Shown piece by piece: positions 1 through 11,406 of a DNA stretch of 64,000 bases. This stretch comes from Octopus bimaculoides (taxonomy: Eukaryota): NCBI RefSeq assembly GCF_001194135.2, contig NC_068992.1:33344243-33408242 (forward strand), written 5' to 3'. How positions within the stretch are numbered: position 1 is the stretch's first letter; each line of letters begins with the position of its first letter. The notes beneath the pieces were generated by a model. The model was not told the origin of the DNA. It did no database searches and saw only the letters and a program-made list of their open reading frames with translations. The translations under genes and the position numbers were made by a program.

Positions 1-336
1 CAAAAAGAGCTTTTCGAGGTCATGGTGACTTTTGGAAAGGAAGAATTTGTTTTCCTCTTTCCGGGCCCCAACCTGCCGATGCAGGCTTTCCTGCAGGTGG
101 CAGGGAACTTACTTGGGGGCTCGGTTGAGGAAGAGTAATGGAAATTTTGTATTGTAATTTTTGTGATATTTTGTTGATAAAAATGAATAAAAGAAGTGAT
201 TTTGAGGGGTTATCGGTTGGCAGGCGCCAGTGCCCTTCTCATCCTCATCATAAATGTAATCATTTCACCTCATCCTTGTTGTGTCTAGCCCACAAGCTAC
301 TCTGTGTTAGGCCCTTGTGGCCAATTTAATGAATAA
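1..336 (+). mobile_element. 3' end (UTR) of a probable Tx1/L1-like LINE, running off the left edge of the window
   Basis: Ends CCTTGTGGCCAATTTAATGAATAAA, resembling the 3' terminus of the Tx1-like element at 1854-4610 (CTTTATGGCAAATATTTATGAAATAAA on minus). Both abut AGTAGCTTGCTTACC. Nt 2-25 read KKSFSRSW, weakly like that element's C-terminal DRFMRRW. No diagnostic domain lies inside the window. Confidence 0.5.
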
Positions 337-1808
337 AAGTAGCTTGCTTACCAACCACATGGTTCTGGGTTCAGTCTCACTGTGTGGCACCTTGGGCAAA
401 TGTCTTCTACTATAGCCTCTGGCCGACGAGAGCCTTTTGAGTGAATTTGGTAGACAGAAACTGAAAGAAGCCTGTCATATATATTGATGCGACGACCGAA
501 AATACAAGTAGCGTTATATCCCTATTTCCCGGGCTGGGTTTTGAACCCGTACTCTGGTCAGTTGGGGAGAATGGTATTTCCTTTGTCTTGTCGGCAACCA
601 CAGCTATTTTTAGCGTAGCTGCCCCTTTCTGGTCAGCGAAAGTTAAAAAACGGCAGGATAGGAATGTACCGACTGACCCATCTTGGCAGGGGGTAAAGTA
701 GCACAATGACCTATGGTATTTGGGATGAATAGGAGAACGAGAATTGGCGGCAAAAGCAGTTAGCAGAGANNNNNNNNNNNNNNNNNNNNNNNNNNNNNNN
801 NNNNNNNNNNNNNNNNNNNNNNNNNNNNNNNNNNNNNNNNNNNNNNNNNNNNNNNNNNNNNNNNNNNNNNNNNNNNNNNNNNNNNNNNNNNNNNNNNNNN
901 NNNNNNNNNNNNNNNNNNNNNNNNNNNNNNNNNNNNNNNNNNNNNNNNNNNNNNNNNNNNNNNNNNNNNNNNNNNNNNNNNNNNNNNNNNNNNNNNNNNN
1001 NNNNNNNNNNNNNNNNNNNNNNNNNNNNNNNNNNNNNNNNNNNNNNNNNNNNNNNNNNNNNNNNNNNNNNNNNNNNNNNNNNNNNNNNNNNNNNNNNNNN
1101 NNNNNNNNNNNNNNNNNNNNNNNNNNNNNNNNNNNNNNNNNNNNNNNNNNNNNNNNNNNNNNNNNNNNNNNNNNNNNNNNNNNNNNNNNNNNNNNNNNNN
1201 NNNNNNNNNNNNNNNNNNNNNNNNNNNNNNNNNNAAACTTTGTCAACGTTATTGAACTGTTATACCATGTATTGGAATTGTTATTATGTAATGCTCTATT
1301 CTAATGTTTTAAATGTATTCTGTGATGTTATGTATGTAAAAAGAAAAGGTTACCCAACGCATGGTCTTCGTGTTGTTTCTTCCTCCTCGTCCTATTTGCC
1401 TGTGTTGTTCTTCGTTACGTGCTCCAGCCGGGGCTTTATTATCGGTCAGGATTGTACCGACAGACGAATTTTGCTAGCTCACTGAGCGTATGAACGTTCG
1501 CGCGTGCGCGAGTCCCCCCCTTCGGTGTTGAGGAGGTGCTTCGCGTGCGGGCGTTCGTAACAATATGTATATATATATGTGTGTGTGTGTGTTTGTGTGT
1601 CTGTGTTTGTCTCCCCCAACATCGCTTGACAACTGATGCTGGTGTGTTTACATCATCGTAACTTAGTGGTTCGGCAAAAGAGCCCGATAGAATAAGTACT
1701 AGACTTACAAAGAATAAGTCCTGGGGTCGATTTGCTTGACTAAAGGTGGTGTTCCAGCTTGGCTGCAGTCAAATGACTGAAACAAGTAAAAGAATAAAAG
1801 AATAAAAG
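337..1808 (+). mobile_element. tRNA-derived SINE family A (head 337-484 lacking its first ~25 nt, internal TA/TG microsatellite, tail 1563-1808), interrupted by an LTR-like element
   Basis: B-box-like GGTTCAGTCTC, CORE-like CACCTTGGGCAAA, tail ending GACTGAAACAAGTAAAAGAATAAAAGAATAAAAG. Same modules at 28855-29260, 24685-26630 and 43575-45116. Confidence 0.8.
485..1562. mobile_element. LTR-like element (solo LTR or collapsed LTR retroelement), gap inside
   Basis: Starts TGATGCGACG, ends CGTTCGTAACA (TG...CA), flanked by ATAT on both sides (481-484, 1563-1566). CpG-rich compared with flanks. Splits the SINE microsatellite. Confidence 0.65.
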
Positions 1809-2109
1809 AGTGGGACTGAACTCGGAACCATGTGGTTGGTAAGCAAGCTACTTTATTTCATAAATATTTGCCATAAAGTCATTACAAAGAGGGGACAAAC
1901 AAGGACAGACAAACATAAAAGGGTGAAGTAGCTGTATCGATTAAATATTTACAATTTTAAATATACAATAATAATTTGATTATATTTACAATATTCGATT
2001 AAAGCATTGCTCATTACAAATGCAATTTGTAATGACTTTCCTGAAGGATAGGCATCCGACCACCAGAGTAGACCCCTTGCCTTTTCTTTCCCTTGTTTTT
2101 GGCTTCCAC

Positions 2110-2899
2110 TTACCTGGTGCCAAACACTCCCAGATTCCTCGCTACAGGCTTCCATCTTCTCATGAATCTGTCTTGTGAAAGACACCTCTTCTCCAGCCTG
2201 ATCTTATTACTGAGGTGGTGACAAAAAAAGTTAACTAACCCCTGGCAAGATACAAAGGTATCCATCACTATGCCTCTTACACACGTCTTCCATACTGTTT
2301 CTTTCAGTATGGCTACTATGCAGGAAAAGCAAGCCTTCCTTTCCCTGTCGAGGGAAGGAGGGGGCACAATCTCGATGATAGATTCAGCTGATAGCTGTAC
2401 TCTTCCCATCGATGACAACGGTTGTTCTGCGAAAACTATCAGTCTCGTTAATTCCGGACATTCCACGAAAGCGTGCAAGACGGTTTCCCTGTCCTGCCTG
2501 CACCTCGGACATGTTGGCAATACAGCACTTCTGTGCCTTGACAGTTTATCACGAACAGGTAACGCCACATGGAAGCACTGCCAAGCCAGGGATTTCTGGT
2601 AATTGTCCAGATATCCCGACCAGAAAGTTCTCCTGAACAGGTTGGTCAACTGATTTTCATCGTAGCCCAGGGTCTCCCCCAAGGCGTCTTCAGACCTAAA
2701 TCCCACTAACCCGCTATAAAAATCCGCGGTGGAACTCCTGTTGCCGGCATTGCCCGCCTGAGAGAGTAGCTGAAGTGCCTGTCGGCACTCCAATTGCCAG
2801 TCCTCCAGCCTAGGTCTCTGCTTGATCCAATTACTCACGTCCGTTAAGGACGTTAATTGTGGAAGGTAGAACTGGACGTGCGGTGACCACACCTGCTCT
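2110..2899 (-). pseudogene. Tx1-like ORF2 C-terminal region with zinc finger (zf-RVT-like)
   Basis: AWQCFHVALPVRDKL...CPRCRQDRETVLHAFVEC, ending DRFMRRWKPVARNLGVFGTR-stop. Confidence 0.75.
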
Positions 2900-3715
2900 N
2901 NNNNNNNNNNNNNNNNNNNNNNNNNNNNNNNNNNNNNNNNNNNNNNNNNNNNNNNNNNNNNNNNNNNNNNNNNNNNNNNNNNNNNNNNNNNNNNNNNNNN
3001 NNNNNNNNNNNNNNNNNNNNNNNNNNNNNNNNNNNNNNNNNNNNNNNNNNNNNNNNNNNNNNNNNNNNNNNNNNNNNNNNNNNNNNNNNNNNNNNNNNNN
3101 NNNNNNNNNNNNNNNNNNNNNNNNNNNNNNNNNNNNNNNNNNNNNNNNNNNNNNNNNNNNNNNNNNNNNNNNNNNNNNNNNNNNNNNNNNNNNNNNNNNN
3201 NNNNNNNNNNNNNNNNNNNNNNNNNNNNNNNNNNNNNNNNNNNNNNNNNNNNNNNNNNNNNNNNNNNNNNNNNNNNNNNNNNNNNNNNNNNNNNNNNNNN
3301 NNNNNNNNNNNNNNNNNNNNNNNNNNNNNNNNNNNNNNNNNNNNNNNNNNNNNNNNNNNNNNNNNNNNNNNNNNNNNNNNNNNNNNNNNNNNNNNNNNNN
3401 NNNNNNNNNNNNNNNNGTGAAGTGCCTCGCACATCTCGTCCCGTCCATCGACCGAACACTTATTATCATCAACAAGAGACCTAATTGTGGCATCATTGCC
3501 ATGCTGGGTTTCTACCGTATGGGCCAATCAGGCAACGTTCATTCCCTCACGGCCCAATGCGCATACTTTAGCCTAAACTCTGCATTCCTCGTGTTTGGCT
3601 TTGAGGTGACGGTGCAAGGCCATTCTCGCTGCCAAAATGTGAGATGCAGGGCCCAACCTCAACGCCTCCTCTAGGCCCTTAACTAGTTGCCCTTCTATTC
3701 TGGCCTTATCTAGTC

Positions 3716-4480
3716 TTAGCTGACGGCTAAACCTAACAGACCCAAAACGAATGGCTCTCTTAAGAGCAACCACCATTGGTTGTTAACCACAGCTCCGGTT
3801 AACGCCCTCTGTACTAACCCCTTAATCCGGCTACGGTATGCCTCGCAGGTCAAAATAGACTTGTTCAGCTTCCAGTATCCAGTCCCTCTCTTAACTGTAC
3901 TATCTACATCCATTGAACACTTGACCATTCTATGGTCAGTGTAAGCTACATGGACGAGCTGTGGACAGCTAAAACTAGACTTATCTCCAGTCCTTATTAC
4001 TATTCTATCTAAGTAAGACTTGAACCTTCCGTCGCCGCTCATCCAGGTCCACTCTGGGACGTTCGGATGGTCAAGTCTGTAACGATCTGCCAGCTGAAAA
4101 CGCTTAAGCAGATCTACAAGACGTGAGTTTACTTTCCTATGGATCGAGCCAACGCTATCAATGCGCACATCAACTATAGCGTTATAGTCTCCTAACACTA
4201 CTAATGTCTTCGACGTCATGAGAAAGTCCTCTAGGCGCTTATAAAAATCAGTTTGCAATCCTCTAGCACAAGGTGCATAGATCCCGATCAACCTGAAGGC
4301 CTTGCTGCTGTATGTCACATCAAGGACGATCAGCCCACTTTCTGGATCTACATAGACTGTACTTGTCTGCAGAGCCAAGCCTTTTTGAAGCAGTACTCCT
4401 ACACCCCCTCGGCCTCCGGTCCGGCTAGGAGACATGATTTTCTCGTAGTCATTCAGGAGGGACGAGAAGGCTTGTGACAT
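3716..4480 (-). pseudogene. Tx1-like ORF2, apurinic-type endonuclease domain
   Basis: GGVGVLL, LIGIYAP, LGDYNAIVD, SYLDRIVI, TDHRMV, GYWKLNKSIL. Continues after a frameshift as ALKRAIRFGSVRFSRQLRLDK (3573-3776 ORF). Confidence 0.85.
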
Positions 4481-4649
4481 CCCTTCGAGTTGGAGAGCCT
4501 ACCCTAGCGACGGTGCGTAGGTGCAGGCGAGGAAACCGATCGGCCAATGGCGACAGCAGCATGAACAGAAAGGCGGCTGCTGGTGGGCAGGCGAGCGAGC
4601 GAGCGGATCTCACACAGCCACTCCTGCGCCTATATATATTCTTTTAGAT

Positions 4650-6190
4650 ATTTTCATCAAAAATCTTTATGAAACATCATATCATTATGAACATCTTCAT
4701 CAAATATCATAATATCTTCATCATACATGAAGCCCTAACACTGTCCCTCACACTAACACTTACCCTAACCCTATCTAGTCCAAAGTGGATTAGAAGAGTC
4801 TTCAAACATTTTCATCAAATAACTTCATCAAACATCTTCCTTGAAATTCATCATATCTTCAGCAAACATTAAACCCTAACCCAAACTGGTTCACACCGGA
4901 TCAGGCCAGTGCAAACTGCTCAAAACCATATCAGACTGCTCTGAACTGGTCCAAACCAGTGCAACCTGGTCCAAACCAGAACAAATCAGTCCACACTGCA
5001 TCAGACAGATCCAGACTAGTTAAAACAAGATCAGACTGGTCGCATCCAACAGATACATCATCCATCGAAGATTTCCGAACATTAGGCCTCACCGAGGTAA
5101 TGACTTCTGACCGAGATCTTTGGAAATATGCTGTGTGTGAGAAGACCCAGCAAGCCAAGTGAGACCTAAATCCAAGACCTCTGCCAGGATGCGTACCTTT
5201 CTACATTGGACACTAAACTCTGCTTGCGAAGACCTGTTGAGGCAAGTGAAATCAAATTAATTTCGACGGATGGCACCCATGCCAACGTCGTCTCCTTCAT
5301 TGGAAACAGAAACCTGGCTTGCGAAGACCTTCAGAGGCAAGCGAAATCGTGATGGCACCGGTGCCCTGGCACTTGTGCCGGTGGCATGTGTAAGGACATT
5401 CGAGTGAGATCGTTGCCAGTGCTGCTGCACTGGCTCCCGTGCAGGTGGCATGTAAAAGACACCATTTTGAGCATGGCCGTTGCCAGTACCGCCTGACTGG
5501 CCTTCGTGCCGGTGGCACGTAAAAGCCCCCACTACACTCTCTGAGTGGTTGGCGTTAGGAAGGGCATCCAGCGGTAGAAACTCTGCCAAATCAGATTGGA
5601 GCCTGGTGTAACCACCTGGTTCACCAGTCCTCAACCAAATCCTCCAACCCATGCTAGCATGGAAAGCGGACGTTAAACGATGATGATGATCATCATCATC
5701 ATCAAACATTAAACCCTAACTGGTTTAGACCAGTCCAAACTGGATGAGATTTGTCCATACTGGTTTAAATCAGTCAAAACTAGATCAAACCAATCAAAAG
5801 TGTTTTAAACCAATTCAAGCCAGTTCATAACAGATCAGCATGCTGCAACCAATTCAAGCCAGTCCAAACTATATCAGACCATTGAAAACTGGATGTAACT
5901 GGATCAATCCAGATCAAACAGGTCAAAATCATATCAGACCGGTCACATCCATTAAACATTTTCATTGAACATCTTCATCAAATAGTTTTATCAATCCTCA
6001 TCATCAAACATCTTCATCAAACATCATTCATTAAAGATTTTCATCAAGCATACTCATGAAACATCATCATATCTAGATCAAACATTTTCAAATCCTAACC
6101 CTAATCATAACTGTCACCCTAACTGGTCCAATCTGGTTCAGACCAGTCCAAACCAATTGAAACTGGATCAGACTGGTCCAACAGGCTTAG
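4650..6190. repeat. Compound minisatellite: CATCTTCATCAAA-like blocks, CCCTAA spacers and ~10-mer CYRGWYCARA blocks, interrupted by an RTE insertion
   Basis: Blocks alternate about three times. CAAACATTAAACCCTAAC occurs at 4863-4880 and 5703-5720. Confidence 0.7.
5060..5690 (+). mobile_element. 5'-truncated RTE-clade LINE (ORF end plus 3' UTR plus (GAT)n tail), young
   Basis: IEDFRTLGLTEVMTSDRDLWKYAVCEKT-stop. Tail GTTGGCGTTAGGAAGGGCATCCAGC...GGACGTTAAACGATGATGAT nearly identical to 44769-44948 and 46009-46238. CpGs retained. Confidence 0.8.
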
Positions 6191-6630
6191 AACTGTGGTC
6201 TGCTCTCTCATGGGCAGCCCTACTCCCAGATAGTGGTCTTTGGACTTCTTGATAGGTGCAATCTTGGTTGCTTTATCCAGTTCCACAGGAAAATACAGTG
6301 AATACACATAATGAATATTAAATCAATCAACAGTGCCATACAGCAGTTGGGCAATGTAAGACAGTGACCATGAAGGTGTAGAAGGGTTTCAATGGTCAGC
6401 CCCGACATGCTTCTCAGTCATCCTGAAACAAAGGGTTACTTTCTCCCGGGTGAATACATGGTCATGTCCTCCCCATGGTACACTAGTTGATCAACAAAAT
6501 ATTGAACATGGAATAACATCAGCGTTCCATAGTCACTGACTGTTGGTGCTCATTCGTTGACCATCAGCATTTGTCCAATGCTGACACCAGAAAGATCAAG
6601 TCCATCTGTTAACTACCTCCTGTCTATCAC
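6190..6630 (-). mobile_element. Degraded LINE fragment (start of RT region)
   Basis: Minus-strand remnants DRQEVVNRW and FPVELDKATKIAPIKKS resemble the pre-RT linker and the PxxWKxAxIxPIxK motif; many stops. Confidence 0.4.
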
Positions 6631-7199
6631 TATTGTCCTTTTTCTTCCTACCTGCTCTTCCTCAACCTTGTCTATTCTGCTCTGTTTTTCTCTCTTCTTC
6701 CACTTTTTGGAACCAAAAGACTATCCAATTTTTATCACCCAATTTTCATCTCCTGCTGAGCATTCACTTCAAACCTCCAGTTTGTGTTATCGTTTCATTT
6801 TTCATTCTTTTCATTCCTTTTGTCTTCCTTCCCTTCAAACTCGTCTTTCTATCCTTCTCCTGAACTCTTTCATCATACCTTTGGAACCCAAGCGCCAATA
6901 TATATATATTTTTTTTGTTAGTTTTCTTCATGTAATATCCCACATTTTGAAAATACTTGCAGTTTGTATTTTTACTGCTTATGCTTGCTTCATTTTATTT
7001 CTGAAATTAAGACTTTTAATATATAAAATATGTCTCACAATCTTACATATATTATACATTACTTGTTTAATTCAAATCAAAATATGCAAGTGTATATCAT
7101 GCTGCTTTTAGTTTTTTTCAAAGTGAAATGAATTTTGAAGTTGTTAAATGAAAAAAGGATTCTATTTTCTATCTCATAACGATTCGAATGAGTAAGTTT

Positions 7200-8065
7200 A
7201 AATAAAATAATCAAAAACAATTAAGAGAAAACCTACTTTTCTAACAGGAAATTGTTGATCTACTTGCACTTTTAAAATTTTTTTTCCTTTATTATCAGCT
7301 CTGTGTACTTTATCAGTTCTTTGGTACTGCATCTTGTCAAGAGAATGCAAGAGCTTTGAAGATTGCAAAGATGCAATTAGGTGAAAAAATTTGATTATAA
7401 AGCACTTCCAACATGTCAAGAAGTATCATTGGAATTTTGTACGTCTCAAAAGCAATTTGTGCCTGGAAAGGCATTCAACTTTCCCAAGGATGCAAAGAAA
7501 TGCACATACTGTCAGTTTGGTTCAAGTAACCCCTGTGGCTTCATTATGATATTTAGCATGATGCTGTTATCTGTTTATATGCCGAAGGAGTTCGGTATAA
7601 CAGAATTACAACGCCTAAGGAAACTCCCTCTTCTCTTATGATACAGGAAACTTCGTATATCTTGTAAAAGAGATTGTTGAAGAATGCAGTGCAGAAGTAA
7701 GTCAGTGGCTTAAACATTGAGAAAATTTCCTATCTGATACCATACGAAATGAAATCCTATTAGCATATGTTCATAACATACTGCATGAGATCAGAAAAAA
7801 GGTTGAAAATTCCATGATTATTAGTATTAAATGTAATGGTACCACTGATTGGTCTGGTATGGAACAAGAAACAATCATTATCCATTATGTTTCTGAAGAC
7901 CTGGATACTCACAAAGATTGTCTCAATTTTTATAATCCTCCTGACTGCTCTTCAGAGACACTAAGGTTATTCTAGATGCTTTTTGCCGCTTAAACATTTC
8001 ACTTGGTACAAAATTATGCTGCTTTTCATTTGATGGTGCTAACACATTGAGTGGAAACATTTCAG
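7200..8065 (+). mobile_element. Degraded hAT transposase fragment (ZMYM1-like/DUF4371 type)
   Basis: LSDTIRNEILLAY...IRKKVENSMIISIKCNGTTDWSGMEQETIIIHYV matches the YLSxxIQNE...FSIxxDETTDxSxxEQxxxxxRYV pattern; frameshifts and stops. Confidence 0.6.
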
Positions 8066-11000
8066 GCATACACGGACTGAAACAGATAAAAGAATAAAAG
8101 AAAAGAATATTCTATGACTGAAACATAAAATCAAAAATATGTACAAGAATAAAGAAAAAGAATATCGTGTAACTTTCAAGAACCTTAATTACGTTAGGAA
8201 GTGAATTTGAAGAATTAGTTCACCAGAGGCTACTTATTGCTAACCTGAAACAGATAACAGTATTTAGCACGAGACTATAGACTATAACTGGGATGCGTTA
8301 TTGAATATATGAATGGTAATTTAAACATACTTATTTTATTAACACAACACCCACTCTGTGATGGGGATAGAAGTCAGAAATAAAGTGACATAATTATAAA
8401 TAGCAAGGTATTTTGTATGCCTCTCAACCATTAATAATAACATTATTAATTGTTTCATTTGTTGTAAAGAATAGTATGGAGTTTTTGAATTCTTTTAATT
8501 AAGCATGATACCAACTTTTGAAAGAATGGATGTATTTGTTACATTTAGTCCCTGTATATTGGTGAAACTTATTTTACTGAGAAGGAATTTTTAGAATGCC
8601 AAGTATTTGAAGTTAGAATATAGAATAAGAAATCTAAGTATTTGAGAGCACTCCAGTATTTCTGCTACCTTGTGTTGTGTTTATGTATCGATAAAATATG
8701 TAATGTAAATAATTTATCTTCTTGCAATCAGTGGTAAACAAAGTTTAGTTTGAATAATACAAATACTTTGTGTGGAGAAAGAAATTTCTATCCTAATATT
8801 AAAGAATATTAGCTTTAATTAATTAAGCAATGTAAAAAGAAAAAAATCAATGTTTTTTTGCATATGCTGTTGGCATTTTATGAACTCTGTTTATGCAAAT
8901 GTAACTGACCCAAGTCTAAAGTAAATAAAATAATGTAAGATTAAAATACACGCACACACTTATGTACACATAAATACACACACACATACATGAGTGTGCT
9001 TTTAACTACATGTTTATGTATTTTGGTGTATTTATACATGTGCACTTGTATGTGTGTATGTAATCCTAATAAATTAATTCTATTCACTTCAAAGAATAAC
9101 AAAATACTAAAAATGCTAAGTAATGGTTGACTGTAATGTGTCTTTCTTTACACAGAGTAACTTATGAGTGTAGAATAATCCACTCCTGGAGTAACAATAT
9201 ATGTATGTAGAATAAACTCTTTCCTGATTATGAATACAAGAAAGTTAAAGAAAGCTAACCACTGATTCGTTGGTGAAATTAATGATTGGCTAGGGATAAT
9301 TGATATTTTGTCTGTCAAGTACAGCAAAGTAGAACGAGATCACTTCAAAATCAAGTTATGATAGAAAATACAACTGACCTTTTGCTTGACATTCTCTATA
9401 CATTAGTCCTTGGCAATATTGATGCTAGTAAAACAAAAACATCAATCAATAACATATCACTTGATTAGTAAAAAGCAAATGTATGCAGTGCTTTGATTCA
9501 GTAGCGATAGCCACAGGGAGACAGGCAGTGACTAGGAAAGTTTGACCTTTTTCTATCAATAGAATGGTGAATATGATTTAATGGAACATCTTATCACTGT
9601 TCCTTATCTATGGGGAATATATCAATTTGGTACATATTTTGAATATTCCTGGTACAGCATTAGTCTAAATTACTTACTGTTTTTGAACACATCATTATGA
9701 CATAATCATCAAAATATTCATTACCTTCCTATTTTCTGAAAATATATCTCTCCTTGTATGATTGTCTTTTTTAGATTACTCATTTGTTGTTAGGCAATGC
9801 TGTAAATTATTTGAAGCGCTATGGCCAAACATTGAAGGATCAGCATTTTTGTATGGTAATGAGACTAGCAGATTCAAACTCATCTCCTGGCTGCATCCAC
9901 AGAGGAAGCTAACATCAAGAAGAAAATGCAAATCTTAGAATGGTGTTAATATATGCAGGTACAAGTTGTTCTTATTCTGTAGTGTCTAGGTCCAGGCATG
10001 GAAGGGTAATTAATAACTATTTTATTTTATCAACACCAAAATGGTGTAAGGTAAAGTTGACCTCAACTTGCTACTTATTTTAGCAATCCACCCTGAAATG
10101 ATTCTACTTTGAGCCCAAGACCATCATTTTAAGAAGAGAATAGTCATTGATACTGATGCCAAAATTTGAGTGGTACATTTATTTTTTGGACCTGGGAGGC
10201 AAGAAATGTAAAGGGGAGATCAATGGTATTGAAACACTTACGATACAAAGCTGAAGTAAGTCTAAGGCTTTACCAATTCTTGGCAATCCACTGATATCCT
10301 CATCAATAATAATAATGGATATTAGTAAAGAAGATGGTGGCAATGATGATGATGATGATGAGGAGGAGGAGGAGGAGGAGGAGGAGAATGAGGATAATGA
10401 TTTCAGAACAAGGTCATTTAAGGAGATGAAGTTAGTCAATACCATTGAGCCCAGAAGAATGTAAAACAAAGCTGGTCTCAGTGAGATTTGAACTCATGGG
10501 TAGGATTCCAGGGGTTCATCACATAGAAACTGCTACAATTATTCAAACAACATAAAAGCCAATATGATATTGACACTATACTGTAGACTGCCTCATAAGG
10601 CACTGTTCCTACCCTGTGAAAGATTCTCTCTGAAGTCTCAGACCTGATGGAGGGACCTTAAAAGAAAATCAAGCTAGATTTTTAGGAACTTCAAGAAGCA
10701 CAACAAATGATGATAACCTTTTCTTTTTTAGCTGAAAAAGCTCAAAGAAATGCAAAAAAAAAAAATAATAAATTTTCTTTTTGGATTATAAAGACTAAAC
10801 TATAAAGTGGAGTTTTAAAAAGATAAAAAGAAAGTGTTTTACACATTATGGAATGAGGCAGTAAGAGATGTTATATGGAAGGATATTAAGAATTTTAAAA
10901 GTACGTACACATGTGCTTACCCATATGCAAGCAAATACATGTGCATACATATGCACACATTTATAAACACATATTTGCATTGGAATGAATTTGAAAGTAC

Positions 11001-11194
11001 AATAAAATATACAGTTAAAGTAACATATAACTTATATAATTACTGTCAAGGTTGAGTTGATTACTCTATGATCCCATTCACCAGAACTCTTTGCATACAC
11101 TTTCTCTCTCACTCTTTGCGTTAAACTAATCATGTGACAATGTAATGAATTTCAGTTTTAGTGCATTAATATATTAATAATGATATTGATAATG

Positions 11195-11406
11195 AAAATA
11201 GTAATAATAATGTTATTGGTACAGATCCTAAAATTTTGAGGGAAGAGGCCTAGTTGGTTACATCAACAACTGTGTTCCACTGGTACTTAATTCACTGAAC
11301 CTGAAAGGATAAAAGGCAAAGTTGAGCTCAGTGGAATTTGAACTCAGAATGTAAAGATGGATGAAATACTGCTAAACCTCAGGGTGCTAATGATTCTTCC
11401 AGCTCA
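11195..11406 (-). mobile_element. SINE family B
   Basis: Reverse complement of the TGAGCTGG(C/A)AGAATCATTAGC...TTCTGAGTTCAAATT...GCCTTTCATCCTTT family seen at 29640, 36150 and 42675. Confidence 0.65.

Larger units (their letters stand above)
1854..4610 (-). mobile_element. Tx1-clade (L1 group) non-LTR retrotransposon, disrupted; RT region falls in the gap or is deleted
   Basis: APE endonuclease motifs, WKLN linker motif, C-terminal CxxC...H...C finger, 3' UTR ending AATAAA. Frameshift near 3770 and in-frame stops near 3573. Confidence 0.85.
1809..4634 (-). mobile_element. SINE family A head (minus strand) split in two (1809-1853 and 4611-4634) by the Tx1-like LINE
   Basis: GTGGGACTGAACTCGGAACCATGTGGTTGGTAAGCAAGCTACTT (to 1853) plus CACACAGCCACTCCTGCGCCTATA (from 4611) reconstitutes the uninterrupted head at about 45048-45117 (...GCAAGCTACTT AC CACACAGCCACTCC...), minus 2 nt. 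Confidence 0.8.

Noticed and set aside
5204-5348. Hammerhead-like look of CTGTTGA-GGCAAGT-GAAA in the RTE 3' UTR
   Set aside because: The core deviates from CUGANGA, the second repeat (CTTCAGA) deviates further, and I could not build stems I and III. Kept only as plain hairpins.
9794-9855. Possible plus-strand exon (NAVNYLKRYGQTLKDQHFCM) with AG/GT borders
   Set aside because: No recognisable homology and no linked exon; compatible with chance.
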